Below, piece by piece: positions 21,645-35,765 of a DNA stretch of 64,000 nucleotides (position 1 is its first letter; every line of letters begins with the position of its first letter). The translations under genes were made by a program, and so were the position numbers. Under the pieces are notes generated by a model that had not been told where the DNA came from, searched no databases, and saw only the letters and a list, made by a program, of their open reading frames with translations. This DNA comes from Pelomyxa schiedti (Eukaryota > Protista > Evosea). The stretch covers positions 1 through 64,000 of the forward strand of contig JAHLWZ010000761.1 of NCBI GenBank assembly GCA_020536535.1, written 5' to 3'.

Positions 21645-24600
21645 ATGAGCAACCAGGGCGGCGGAGATGGGACCGGCGGGAGTGGAACCCACGACCTCGG
21701 GGTTAACCCCTCTTCCGATGAAGGCGCTGTTGAAGCAGGGGGATTAGTTTTACCTCCGTCGTTGATGTCTGACCTCCAAAGGGTTAGCCTTCTTGGCCTG
21801 TACAAATATTATTTGTTTTGGGTTTTTTTTTTTTTTTTTTTTTTTTACCCAAAAAATCCCCAAGTCAAATAACGACAAAGTCACTGACAAAACAACACCA
21901 AAAAAAAAAAAAAATGTACCTTTAAAATAAAGCTCATTCTTCCTGGTGTGGGAGTAGTTGCTGGGGTGAGTGAATTCTTGTGGGTTGTTTGCAAGGCCTT
22001 GATACTGAGGGAAACTAGCTTACATTTATGTGACGGTGTTTTGAGGCTCTTGGAGAGTACTGGTTGTACAACACCATTTCTGGCCCACACTATTACTACC
22101 GAGATACAAGAAACCAGTTATTTTTGAAGCCCCCCACAAACCTTTCATATCGGGTAACCATTAATATGTAGGTTCTGCACCAACACTTTTCCGCAGTAAC
22201 TGTGTAGCTACGAGGCTCGTTTCCCAGTACTTCAAGCTGCGTGGAGCTGCCTACTTAAAGCACTGCTTGTCACATATAATAAGCACACTACAGTCAGAGC
22301 CCAGTTTAGAAGTTGATTGTTACTCTCCTATGGGTTCTGACTTAATTTGGTGAAATGCAGGTTGATATTGTCAAATTGCAGCAAGCCTCCAATGCAAATG
22401 TATCAAGTACTCCCGGAAGTGGTGACCAATCATTTTGGGAATCAAAAGCAAAGGACAACGCCATACGAGTTGTACAATTGTCACAGCGTTTATTTGATCA
22501 CATTTGTAATTCAGTGGATCAATGTCCGATGTGAGTAGGTTCACCTTCACTACATACTGTTGTGGTTCATTTTTTTTTTTAGGAATTTTCGAGTGCTCTT
22601 TGCCCATGCCAAACAACAAGCTCAACACAAATTCCCTGCGGCTGCTTCCCTGGTTGTTGGAGGCTTTGTGTTTCTACGATTTTTGTGCCCAGCAATTGTT
22701 GCTCCTGAGGCACATGGATTGCTATCTGGTTATAAAGTTTACACTTTGTAACCTCTAATGTTCTGGTCCAGGATCTATGTCCCAAACAATGAGACGCAAC
22801 TTAGTTTTAGTCAGTAAACTTCTGCAAACGTTGGCAAATGGAGTAACAGAAGGTCTCGTATCACATCCAGCTTTTACTGCCTTTTTGACAATAAACTGTG
22901 AAGCGTGCTCCTCCTTTTACACAAATCTAACTGTATGTCTTCAAGTTTTTTCTGCACTCCTTAAGAAACCCAAACAGAGTGTTGCAATTGATACCACCCC
23001 CACGGCAACTTCAGTCACACCATATGCACTGATGACAGACGATTTGACCTACATTTTTACCAAAGTGTTTCAGAATATCGAAATCTTCAATGACAGTGCA
23101 AAGGACTTACTTGTGCGTTGTTCCTTTTTTTTTTCAGCACTTACTCTGCAAAGGAAATGAGAAAACAAGTTCAAGAGCTTGTGAATTCGGCAACAGTTCT
23201 CGAGAAAGGGAACAAGCTACTTACGAAGCTCTTCAAAAAGTATACAAAAGCTGCCGCAGCTACAACACAAGCGGTTGCAACAACAGTATCACCAGAAGAG
23301 GCATTAAAGAAGGTGCGTGATAAATCATCTGAGGAAAACCAACAGCCTTGCTAATAAAATTTGTAAGGATATTGCCTCCAAGCTGGATGAACTTACGTGC
23401 ATGGCTCGCACAAATAATGAATCTGAAACAATGACGAAAATTAAAGTAGTTCTACATCTCAAACATAAGTCAATTGATGTGACACAGAAAATGCAACAAG
23501 AAATTGAACAACTCAAAAAGGATATCCAAATAGAGAGAGATATGCGACTCAAACTTGGGAAAGAAGTTGACAAAAAGCATGGCACCTCACAAATCCCTCG
23601 GCTGTTTTCCAAGGGCATTTCTACCTCTTCTGCTGTTGAGGCAGTTACAAAATTTGAACCGTTACCATCTAAGGTAATGTTTTCAGTCTGTTGCTTATAA
23701 TTCTTACTTTTTTTTTTTTTCAAGGAACTTGCCACAAGTGCAAATCAGCGTACTCCGGTGCTAGCCCCACTTGAGTTCTCAGACCCACTATCTACTATTG
23801 TACAAAAACCGGCACCACCCCAACTTGCACCTCTTGTTCCATCACCCTCCCAGATTCACTTTCAGAACAGCACCAAACAGTTTCAGGTAACTCCACAGTT
23901 TTCCCTTTTACTCTGAACCAAACCAGGATTTAAATTTGCTTATAGATGCCGCTTTTCAAAGAATCGATAACATTCTCATGAGGATGGATGATACAACAGT
24001 TATTTACAAGTCAATCATTCTCACAGTAGGCACTGTTATGAAAGATTTAACTAGGGTAGTTTACCGTATGAGAACTGGCAAGTCTGAAAATAACTCCCCT
24101 CTTTTTGTCAGGTTATCTCTATCCCATTTAGCGAGCCATTTGAGGCAACCCCTGTAGCAGCGTTGCAGTCCGCTGCAATTGGTTCTGTTACGCCGGATCA
24201 AGTTGAACACCTAATGTAATATTTTTGGTAGCTCCCAAATAAGAGTGTGTTTAGGAAGATATCAGCACGAGTACTTGGCCAGTGCCGTGAATATGTAATG
24301 AACACCTTGACTCAAGACTTGACGTTGTCCAGTTTACCTTCCCTGATAGTTAGGGCTTTTTACATCAACAATGTAATTCCTGCAAGCCCTTCCATCCTGC
24401 ACCAACTCATTCAAATCCCTTCTCCTCCTCCCCCTCCCCCTCCGCCTTAGATGTTGGAATCGTGCTGCACAGCCCTAGGTTTCGCCCTCCCCCAACCAGC
24501 ACTAAACTTCCCCCCACCAACACCAAGCCCCGACGGCTTCCGCAATATCACGCCCGAATTCAGCACGGCCCCGCCGCAGCCGTCCCCGCGGCTACCCCCA

Positions 24601-25173
24601 CCACCGCAACAACATCAGTATCAGTATCAGCAGCAGCAGCAGCCACAATTTCAGCCGCAGCAACCAGCTCCCGCCCCGCCACCGACTGCCCCCACGCAAT
24701 CCTCAGCTTCCCCACCGCTGACTCCCACCACCTCACCGCACCCGGCATCTCCCCCGCAGCAGCCCTCCACCATGGCTCCCCTTCCACCCCCGGCGTCGCT
24801 GGCCCCTCCCCCTCCTCTCCCGACAGCTTCCGCTCCCACCACCACCACCACATCCCCCGCTTCTTCCACTTCCCCACAGCTCACTCCCACCACAGCAACC
24901 CCGGCGCCAGCAACAACTGCCTCATCCTCCTCTGCAACTCCGGCACCCATTCCAAATAACAGTTCCCCCACTTCCTCCAGCAACAGCCCAACCACCACAC
25001 CAGCAGCAACACCCACAACCACAGTCACAGTGACAGTAACAGGAGCCGGAACAGTACAGAACCCACCCTCTTCGTCGGCTTCTTCTTCAGCCTCACCTAC
25101 ACAAGGAATAAGGCAGCCTCGACCTGCCTTCCAGACAGCTTTTGTACCTGCCACCCCTCAGAAACGTTGCTGA
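21645..25173 (+). CDS. RasGAP domain protein with coiled-coil and Pro/Thr-rich C-terminus; multi-exon
   Basis: Arginine finger PTLFRSNCVATRLVSQYFKLRGAAYL, signature VGGFVFLRFLCPAIVAPE, RRNLVLVSKLLQTLAN. Confidence 0.9.
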
Positions 25174-25286
25174 CGACGAGTCACATCAGGTCCAGTCCAG
25201 GATTCAGTATCGAAAATGGAATTGGGTTTTTTTGGTTGTACTCTAGTATCCGTGAACAATAAAATAAGATTTTCTTTTTTCTTTCG

Positions 25287-27104
25287 TCACACCCGCCAAC
25301 AGGGTTGGAGGGCATGCCCCCCTTTGAGCCGCAGGAAAAAGCCTGGTAATTGTTGTTGGAGCATTGTGAGTTCATCAGAGTTTAGGAACAGGAACTTCTC
25401 TAGCAATACTGTGCAAGGGCGCCATCGAGAAAGAACAGTAAACAAGGTCTTACTTGTGAGTGGAAGGCCCAGGAGAGAAACACAATCAAAGTCGAAGAGC
25501 TGCGAGCCGAGAATTTGCAGTAGGCCTGTTGTTTTGGTTACTTCACTGGCATCACCTGTTAAGAGAAAAACTAAAAAGGATACATACAAATAGTGCCTTC
25601 AGAGCAAGATACACCATCCTCAAAGCACATATGCTTCACCTTAAGCTGGTGCAGCCGTTTTGGAGTGTTTTCGGAATCAATGAATTCGATGGGCTCATTG
25701 CAATCAAAATTCACTGATAAGCACGATAGTGTGGGAGATGACCGGCACAGACGTTGTAATCCAACTAGATTTCCGCTTGACACAAACAGGCCCAGGTGCG
25801 AAAGACGAGGTAAACGGGACAGGAGAAGGACCTGCAGGTCAGACAGTTGGGTCTTCATAAGTTTCAAGCAAGATAGATTGACACAGTTCCTGGATATCGC
25901 CTCCACCACTCTTAGGTCAATAGTTCTCCAGGTCCAGTAGACTTGGCATTTGTAAGAAAGCATGCTTATTTTTCTGATTCTGAAACGTACGATCCATTTT
26001 GGTCAGAAGTGGGCATTGTACAGTTAAACATTCCACAGACTTCCAGGTCAATCCACAGCAAGATATATACTTGAGAAGGCTTGGGAACGTGGTAATATCC
26101 AGAGTTGTCTTAGCTGCCGATGTGTGAAAAACCAATCTGTTCAAGTTTGGAAACCTGGGCAGCAGAAAACAAAGAACAGATGGTGTACTGTAGGAAAAAT
26201 TGAGTTCTTCGATTGGGAATGGAGTTTCATTCACTGAACCCAGCACACCACTTGGGTGGTGTGTCCATTCTATATGAACTCGCTTCAAAGCTGGGAGAGC
26301 CGCGAAAAAGGAATCTACCATTCTCCAGTTGTCAATATCGACACGGTTGGAAACGTGAAGTTTTGCAAGGAATTTCGCTGTGGAGCACAGTTGCAATAGG
26401 GCCCGCAACGGTATGGTTGCTTTGACTCCACGGTAATCAAGAAGGTTAAGATCCTTCAAGTGAGTAAAGTTCAACTCAGGGATAGGAAATATATCCCAAG
26501 ATACGTGTATCAGTGTTAAAGCTTCGACGTGTGGAGCTACAGCTACAAGTAACCCGGACATTACTTGAATGCAATCACAGCGGATATCAACAACTTTTAG
26601 CTTCGGGGAGCAGAACAAGTCTGCGATAGCTTCCTGGACCCCCAGGCGTGGAATTTTTGTGAATGAAATAACAGCTGATATAGACTGGAGCAGAGGAGCA
26701 AGCCTTGAAACCCTAACCCACATGGCACAAGGATCCAGTATACCCGTGGGGCCAGGGTCCCGGCGGCAGCCCACATCATCAAACAGCAGATGGATTCCCG
26801 GCACACACCTCAAGTAGTACGCACACTCCAGCCTCTCCAACATACATCGTTTCACAACGACATTCAACTCCTGAAGTAACAAAAGTAAGCAAAACAAAAC
26901 AAAAAAAAAAAAAAAAAAAAGACGAAACTGAAACAGACGCGTAACATTGTACAGGGACCACACGTCGTTGCACGAAACTGCGTCCCTAATTGCGCGGCAT
27001 ACGGATCTCAACCCCACGACTTGTCTCGCATGTCCGCATACCACCATAACCTTGGCCACACAATAAAACACCTGCCCCAGTTCGTCGAGGTACCGAGTAG
27101 CCAT
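25287..27104 (-). CDS. F-box-like / leucine-rich repeat protein; multi-exon
   Basis: N-terminal VVGLRSVCRAIRDAVSCNDVW resembles an F-box C-terminal half. LRR-like units such as LKVVDI, HLKDLNL, FLAKLHV, ALKRVHI, NLNRLVF, LPRLSHLGL. Confidence 0.6.
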
Positions 27105-27168
27105 GCCGACCAATAACCAAAAAAAGCCAAAATGCAATAAAATTTTAAAAATAGTACACAAACAAAAC

Positions 27169-30100
27169 TTAAGTCGACTGTGACGTCTTTAGGTCACCAA
27201 GTCTGGGAGGTGGGGTACTAGATTGTAGCAGTGTCAGTGTACTACTAGGTGTGATTGTAGTGTTACCTATCCCGAATGATGTGGGTGTTGTTGTTGTGGT
27301 GGTGGTGGTTGATGCTGGTGTTGATGTTGATGCTGCCGCTGGCGTTGCTGGTGGTGTGGGTGCTGTAAATGCTGATGCTGCTGCTGCTGTTGTTGTTGTT
27401 GGAGTGGTGGTAGAAGAAGGATGCGTTGCGTCTGCAGAATCAGAGGCTGTGAGTGACGACGACGACGAAGATAGCAACGAGGACGAACACAATGGGGGCG
27501 GGGTCGGGGAGGGGGATGACTTGCAGACGACGGCAAGGGCGTCCAGCCACGTGGTGCACGTGTGCTGGGTCTTGGCAACGAACACCATTATGGCGTTGTT
27601 GTTGTGCAGGCTGAAGGAATACGGCGACTGCTTCTTCACCGTCAGGTTGCTCGTGGGCATCACTCCTACGGCCGTAGCGGACTGGTTGGTTGGTTTGGTT
27701 AGTACTTGAAATTTTTGAAGTGATGATATATGTTTAGGTGATGTAGATTGCAGGACAAACCAACCTTGGAAGTGCGGAAAATGGTAAACTGGCTGTGGTG
27801 AAGAACACACCACTTTTGCGTTGTTGCCGAGACCCCTTTTTTGGAGAGGATACCTTGCATTATGGGCAACGTTGGATTGAAGTGATCCAGTGGTGACTCC
27901 TGGAATTGATAGTACAAGTGTTCGAGAAAATCCCTGAAAAAAGTTCAGAGTGAAAAAAAAAAAGAGGTGGGGGAATACAAAGACACTGTAGCATGATTAA
28001 TTCCCTCCACCCATCGCTGGAGGGTTATCTTGGGTGTAGTCGTGCTCAATGCCCAACAAGCTTGAGCTATTGAAAGTACTGATTCCAAGGGAATATTAGA
28101 TGGCTGTGATCTTGTCCAGTACTTATTGGCAAATATCTGTAGGACTTGGTCCACCTTAGAGCTGGAACTTGGTTGTCCGCATGCACGGAAGACTCTTCTC
28201 AAAGCCATCTCAAAATCGAGCCCAGTAATGTCAATGCACATGACAAACTCTTTAAGCAGTTCGGACTGTGACGGATCAAGTATGTAATCACACAAGGCGG
28301 TGCAATCAAGAAACCAGCATGTGCTTGACAAAAAGTGAGCCACAGATTGAGGAGTAGAACCTATCACACGGCTTTCTTGTAACTTAGTGATTGAGTGCCA
28401 AGCGTTTTCCTTGAAGGCATTGACTGCAGATTCGTCAAGAGGACAAGGGGGTGGTGGGAGGGCTGTCCCGAAAACCGATGTCGGAGTAGAGTGTATTTGA
28501 GGGTGAGTTGTTGGAACAACAGTGGTGGGTAGGTTAATATCTTGATCTGGTGGCTGCTGTACCGTAGCATTTAGGGGAGGAGATTGTGGTATTGAAATGC
28601 TTTGAGCAAGGGAGTGTGTTTGTGAATACGTCCGCATATGTACATGTGTTTGGGTACCTGTCTTCGAAGGTGGAGGTACTGTGGAATGTGACTGGCCTGA
28701 AACAGGCAAGAGAGCAGTAGTTGACAGATGTAGCAGTGAGGGCAAGTGGTGTGAAGAAGCGGATGGCAACTGTTGTGCAGGACGCTGTGGGATTGGCTTT
28801 ACAACGTCTCCAACAGTTTGAGGTAGTTGCCAAAGCGAAGGAGACGATGCTGACGTAATACATAATTGAATTGGAGTCGGGCTTGTGGAACGATGCAACG
28901 TGGATGCAGAGTTACGAGGTACAACAGAAGCAACTGGGGTAGGTGTGGAACAATCGGGGGTACCACTAGAACTGGAGTGAGGTGGAATGCACAAGTCATT
29001 TGAGGGTATATTTTCTGCACATTTTTCGTGCATACTCACGTCCAGGCAAACTAATTTAATTAATTGCGAGATTGAGATATCGGTGCACACCTCTACAACG
29101 CAATGCCTGCTTTCCAACAGTGATATGTCTAGAGCATACAATGCAATATGCAACGGACTTGAAAGTGAAAGGTTCGAAGTTATGTTGATTATAGTGAGTA
29201 TCCCACGAACAGAGCTTTCGATCGTCCGAACCTGTTGCGATGTACGTGTAACAATGGAAATGAAGATTAAATACTAACCACTCCAAATTATGGCAGGATT
29301 CTGTGAAACTAGTAGGAGGCAAGTGATTGCTCCCTTGTGGCCGCTCGATATCGTTTGAATGCAGTCCCGTGTCTTGACATCCCAAACTCTTATTGTCTGA
29401 AGGAGAGTTAGTAGTGAGACTAAACAATAGAAATTAACTTTGTCCCAAGAGCAACTCCAAACCCTCACGCCAATACTGAGAAGATCGTTCACTCGTGTGG
29501 CATTCAGAATCCCTTTGCATGAACGCTGCTAAATATGGGTTGGTTATAAGTTCAATCTGTATTTACACACCTCTGCATCCCAAACAACGATTGTGTTATT
29601 TGCGTGGGCGGTCCAAATTTCTTCAGAAGAGCCCCTTCCTGGCACAACAGCCATGGCGGTGACCGATGACCTCTCCCGGTTAAACTCCGGGGTGATTTTG
29701 TATGTCTATTTGGCATTAGTTTTTCGAGAAGAAGGAATGAAGTAGCGCACTTTGGTATCACATGTACATATCCCCTGTGGGGTCCCTATCCATACATTTG
29801 TACCACATACAATGACTTTGAAAACGAGTGTATGGAATTGTATAACCTTGATGCTCTCCAAAGCCTTAAAATTTACAACATTAGAAGCTAGAAATTGCAT
29901 TGGCATGGGGTATCACAGGAGACCAGATGCGAATGGTCTGATCGGCACCAGTGGTCCAAATTTGTTTCTTGTTGACAACAATGATGGATTGGATGGGACC
30001 GCGATTATGTGCTTTCACTGTCCGTCCATAGTTGCCATTCTTAGTTGAGTTAGGAATCCTTGGCATAAATTGAAGGTAATTACAATATCGTACACTCGTA

Positions 30101-33100
30101 GATTGCAATCATCACATGCCACCCAAACGGTATCAAATATTGAAACTAAAGCCCGAACTGCACTGTTAATGAGTATATCTGGTTTGGCTTGCAATGAGGT
30201 CTGGTCTTCATGAGAGAAAGAATAAAAAATTCTATACTACAACCTCCTTATCAAAAATTTGAATAGAGCCATTTTTCCCCCCACATCCAACCCAGATATG
30301 GTTGTTGCATTGAATTAGGCATGTCACTGGTCCAAGTGTGGTAACTTGTTTGAGCAGTTGCCCTGTAGAAGAAACTAACCCCTTTCCCTTTCGTGAGGAA
30401 AAATATGCACAGGGGAAAGCAACCTTGTCTCCTCTTTCTTCAGCACAAACAGTTTCAATCAGTTCTTCAACAATTTTGGCTCCTCTGGGCTTTGCAGAAC
30501 TGCCTTCTGAATTCATACGTGTGCCGTCAAGTGTTTTATTTACTCTCAACGGCAAAGGGAGCCGCGCTAGGGGTGGAGGTGGCGGCGGCGGAGGGGGAGG
30601 AGGTGGTGGCGGAGGCGATTGAGGAAGAGGAGGTGATGGGGGAGGTGATGGAGAGTGCGAGAGAAGTTGAAGTTGAGAATTGGACTGGGGGTGAGATTTG
30701 GGTGGGGCCATTATGGGGAACGCTGGTGTTGAGGGAGATGTTGATAGTTTAGCTGGGTGAACAGTATCTCTTCTTGCTACATTAACTGGGCCTGAACTCA
30801 TAAGTGCCCTAGGATAAACGCCAATACTGGAACTGAGGTTGGTTGTACCTAACTGCGGGATTGTGGCATGTGGTGGAGGGGGAAAAACTGTATGTGTCTG
30901 CAATAAAGAAGCACAACTACTACTGGAACTTAAGGCCACGGAAACAGGTCCATTTACTGGATGGCTGGCTAAAAAGAGTCCCATGATCTTTGCATTTTGT
31001 ATCAGCTGTTTCCCCAAATCAGTGGCTTCCTGTTCCCAGTCATCATGATTTTTTTTTGCAGTCATATAGTTTTGTGTGGCTTCTTGTGAAGAACTTGATT
31101 CCGGCTTCGTGGGAAAGGGTGGCTCTGCTTTCAACTTCCTTGCTAAATCGTACCACTGCTTTTCCTCAAGTGATGCTGTGGAGGGTGATATCCATGGTGC
31201 CTGATTGGTAACTGACCCAAGAGTTGGTGGGGGAGGTGTGGGGATGAACTTCACAGTTTCAAAATGAGAAAGAATTAAAAAAGAGAGTATACTGTACCTT
31301 CTCTGCTGACATTGAAATGGGACAGAGAGCTTTTAGTGCTGCACTAAGATCTGGTTTAAGAGGTTTCAAAAGTCGCTTTTTATACTGCTCTGGGAGAGTG
31401 GAAATTGCGTGCTTTAATATTCTTAAAAAAAAAAACCTGTGAAGAAATCAATACCTCAGCCCTTTCACCCAGTTTGGCGCGCAGCATTGCAACAGCTTCA
31501 TCCATAAGATCGTTTTGTTTTTTTTCGTCATCAATTTGCTTTTGAAGTAGTGATTGAGCCTCACGAACTTTGTCCAGAATCTGGTTTGCTTTTTGTTGAT
31601 TGTTTTCACCTATATGCAGTCAATGGTTGAATTCTGTACAACACATGCCAAACGGAGTTATTTTCAACTAATAACTCCGTTGTAATTTTCTTATCAATAG
31701 GACTTTAATTTCTAGTTAAACAGTTTTGCATAAAAAGCATACAAACATTGCTGTTGGTACTGCTGCAAGTCATAGTGTAGTTCTTGGTTCTCTTGCACAA
31801 GAGTCACCACTTTCGTTGTTAGAAATTGGACTTGCTCAGAAAGCACTTGCTCTTGTTGTGGGAAAAAAGTTAATGAAAGATTTACACTTGGAACTATATT
31901 TACCTTGTGAATGAGCCTCTTCCATGAGTTCCACAAGGTGCACTCGACCTCCCTTAATTTGAATGTTGAGCTTGATCTGATGACTTGAGTCAAGGAGGAC
32001 CCCCTAAAACAAGAACAGTTTGTTATGTAAATAAAGGGAAATATCCAGGAGTAATACACTACTAGGGGCATCTTGTGCTACTTTTTTATGCTCTTGAAGT
32101 TCTTGAAGAGTAGCTGAATGGGCTTTTTTCTCAGTGTCCAACTCGAAATTTAGTCGCTTGTTGCACTGTTCCTGGTTAACGAGAAGAAAAAAGTGGGAAA
32201 AAAAGCGAACATCATCAATTTCTTTCAATTCGCTCAGAAGAGATTGCAGTTGTGCCACAGTCTGTTCCCTCAGGGAAGTTCCTTTCTGCTTCTCATCACC
32301 AAGTTGCTACATTTTGTTAGCCATCACTAACCCTGGTGCTGGAATAACTTGTTCAAATTCTTGTCTATCTCTTTCTCTCACTTCTGCCATTATCCTGAGA
32401 AGCATGAGAACAACTGGTGTATGAAACATACCTACTGTTGGTAGGTGGTAATCTGCTCTATGAGACTAGCAATTGTTTCTTTGAGATGTGCTGCTTCAGA
32501 CTGTGACCTTTTCCATCGTTCCTCAAATGATAAATCGCCCTCCAATTCACCTGCTTTAGTTACACACTTCGAAATAAAAGTTTCTTCTACTTTGGATATC
32601 TTCCTCAGAGGTGCTCTCTAAGATATGTTAGCGTTTGTGCTATTTCTAATCACTCAAACTTGGTTTGCTTGTAGCACTGGTACTTCCATAGTCAGAATCA
32701 TCACCATTAGATGAAGCATTTGACTTGTCACTCGCATCGCTGTCTGTGTAAGTGTAGTCACTGCTATAAGAGCCACTGCTACTTCCATTGCCATTTTCAC
32801 TGCTGGCAGACGAGTCACTCTGATTCCCGCCACTGTCAGTGTCACTGCCGCTGCTGCTGCTGCTGCTGTCACTGTCACCGTCACCGTCACTGTCATCACC
32901 CTGCCTTGCCTTCAGGGGTGTTCCAGAATGTTCAGTCCTCAAACTGTCTCTGTCCTTATCCACAGTCTCCGGCGGCAGCGGCTGTGTTGCCGATAATGAT
33001 GATGATGACGGCGATGGCGAAGACAGCGAAGACGGCGACGGCAGCGGCGACGGTGACGGCGGCTGCGGCGGCGTACTTATGTTTGGGCTACTGCCACACT

Positions 33101-33680
33101 TGCTATTGAGCGCGCTCTGAAGTTCATGTGTGATGACAGTGGTCTTTGGGTTCACTACTATGTGCGCCGACGCGGCCCTTGGCACCCTGGGCGATTCGCC
33201 GATATTGGCGCTGTTGATGGACTTTGCCCGCGGCCTCGTGCTTATGGCCAATGTAGCGTTCGTGTTCTTGAGGTCCGAAATGACTTGCGCAGGCGTCAGC
33301 GAAGACGCCAAGTTGGAACCAGCCCTTTTCGTCGTAATCGCCGCCGCAGCAGCCGCGGCCGCAGCCGCCGCCGCGGACAACGACGACTGCGCCGGCGCCT
33401 CCGAAGCAGCAGAATGCCTGGCAGTTTGCGGCGTGCGCCACGTGAGAGGCGTGGCCGGGAGCGAGGACGACGACGACGGCGGCGGAGGTGTGTGCGGCGG
33501 AGACGAGGGAAGGGGGGCGGAGGGGGCGGCGTAAGGGGACGACGTAGAGGTGGCGGCGGTGGCGGCGGCGGCGGCGCTGGTGGGCGAGGGGGGGTCCTCG
33601 CTGCGGCTGCGGTCCCGGCGTGCCACAGGAGATCTACAATCGCAGGGGGAGGGATTGCATGCGTCTTCGCCCCTATGCAT
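27169..33680 (-). CDS. Large multidomain protein: low-complexity + coiled coil + poly-Pro + WD40-like propeller + degenerate Sec7 + PH; multi-exon
   Basis: Phase-consistent splicing checked across 31250-31600. WD: HKGAITCLL, HNRGPIQSII...GADQTIRIWS. Sec7: FVMCIDITGLDFEMALRRVF...KVDQVLQIFANKYW. PH: QGILSKKG...KWCVL...TWLDAL. Confidence 0.8.
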
Positions 33681-33809
33681 TGTGATGCTCTCGGGGGGCT
33701 TCGGCCTTGGCTTTTTTTTTTTTTGTTGTCCGGGTTAGGTTATTGCCAGGAACAACCGTGATGATGTCCGTTCGCGGAACCATCCCGAGTCATTTTCGAC
33801 GGAGAGAAG

Positions 33810-35604
33810 ATGACGACTGACATCCACCATTCAATTGTTCCTCAGGTGGAAATGAGCGAAGATTACTTGAGGGCCCTGTCGTGGTGCTGCCGGTATCTAT
33901 GCATCGCGGACGTTCTTCATCTGTCTGCTAGTTGTCATGTGGGTGTTATTATTCTTTCACTGTTGGCAAACATAAAACTGCTGGAAGGCCTTAAGAGTGC
34001 TTGCGCTTGAGGAAGATATGTGGAGGTCGCTCGTGCATGAAACTTTCCCAAATATCACTTTGCCTCCGACGGCTGCCAAGTTCTGCCGAAGTTGTCCGAG
34101 ACCACAATACGAAATTTTCAAGGCACACCTCCTTTTTGGTTTTTTTTTTTTTTTTGCATTTAATTCCCTGGGCAGAGGCTATTCACGGCCAAACCTTTTG
34201 TTTGGGGATCATCCTCCAGAAACAGACTTGGAATTCCAGGAACAAAGACATTTGACTCGCCTGTGCCTCTACCTCTCCCTCCCGATTTCCCACGTGTGAA
34301 ATTCTTTGCTAAAGCACAGGAAACGGGCAGCTGTCTTATCACATATGACAAGCGTGCATGTTGGTGCATCTGTTAACTTCTATTGTGCTTATCTACTTTA
34401 GATGTATGGGGGAATAGTATACCTCAGCCTACTTTGTTGAGCAATGTTAAGAACGCTGTACACGCTTATTGTGGACTATCTGAAACAGTGATTTGTACCG
34501 AAAGTGGAGAAGTGTAAGTTGACTCGTCCACAAAAACACGGAAAATATAAAGTTACGTAGGGCCTATTGGTTCAGTAACGCATTTCACCCAAATTGAAAG
34601 CCAACTGGGCTCTGATGAAAAACCTGTTCCTACATTAACATATTCTCCACTTAGATTAAGCTATCGCAGATCCAATGCGTGACTGGACAAAATCAGTACT
34701 CAGGAGTTCTCACTAATCAATCAGTACTCATTCTTTGGAGAAATACTTCGACATTAACACGAGTTATCTCCTCTTTGCCCATTGCCAGGGTGTAAGTACA
34801 GATATTACATATTCATACATTTGTTCATACTCTACATTATAGCAAAGGTTCCCATCGTATTTTTTTTGCTATCACAACCACTGGGGAGCTCTTTTATTGG
34901 TCATCTTTCTTTTTCCCCCTTCAGAGAGCACTGACCTCATCACAGGGCCCCGTCTACCCCAACTTGGCAAAGGGTTGCCAGAACAGAGGGTTTAGTTATC
35001 ACCGATGTTGATGGCGGAACAAACCACTATGGTTTCCTTACTTCCACAGGGCAGCTCTACACCTGGTTAGCTTTTATGTTAATTCCCTGACACCCTGCCT
35101 TACAAATGAAAGGGGTGACAATAGCTTCGGGCAGCTAGGACAGCCCACAGCTTCACGCCCAATCAGTATCACCCCTTACACCTGCACTCCAGAGCCAGTC
35201 ACATGGTTTACCCAGCGGAATATTGTTTTAACAGCCGTAAACTGTGGTGGTTATTCGGCATGGGCTGGCGGGTACCCCTCTTTATCTGTTCCTTACCTAG
35301 TAACAGAGCACTTTCTCGCTCTACAGGCACACCCTTACCATTGACACTGCTGGGCATGTTTACTTCTTTGGGTCATTCAACTACACATTCACCTGGGAAC
35401 CCCAGATAATGCCGTTCTTTGAGGACCGTGCTGTATTGTCCATGATGTCAGGGGAAGACTGGGCAGGCGTTGTTGTCTCAGCACCATTTTCAAGTGTGGA
35501 AGAGACAAAGTCTAGTATACCAAATAGGTGCTGTATTTGTTGAATTTTTTTTTTAAAGTGACGGAAGACACTGTGAGGAAGTTTTGGTTTTGGTGGGGTA
35601 CTGA
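33810..35604 (+). CDS. F-box-like + RCC1-repeat protein; multi-exon; 3' end uncertain (35541-35734)
   Basis: YLCIADVLHLSASCH...EDMWRSLV (F-box-like). RCC1 repeats HYGFLTSTGQLYTW-GDNSFGQLG and AGGHTLTIDTAGHVYFFG. Confidence 0.7.
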
Positions 35605-35765
35605 TTTCTGTTGTGATGCAGACCAAATCCCAGAGCCCAGCCTCCAAGCCACATCACACCCAAGAGTAAGTTTGAACCAGGAGTGTTGGCCAACTCCCAA
35701 ACAAAGACCAATCAAAATGACTCTGCAGTCATAAAGTGGCAAGTTCAGTAACTGGAGTGGACCAT

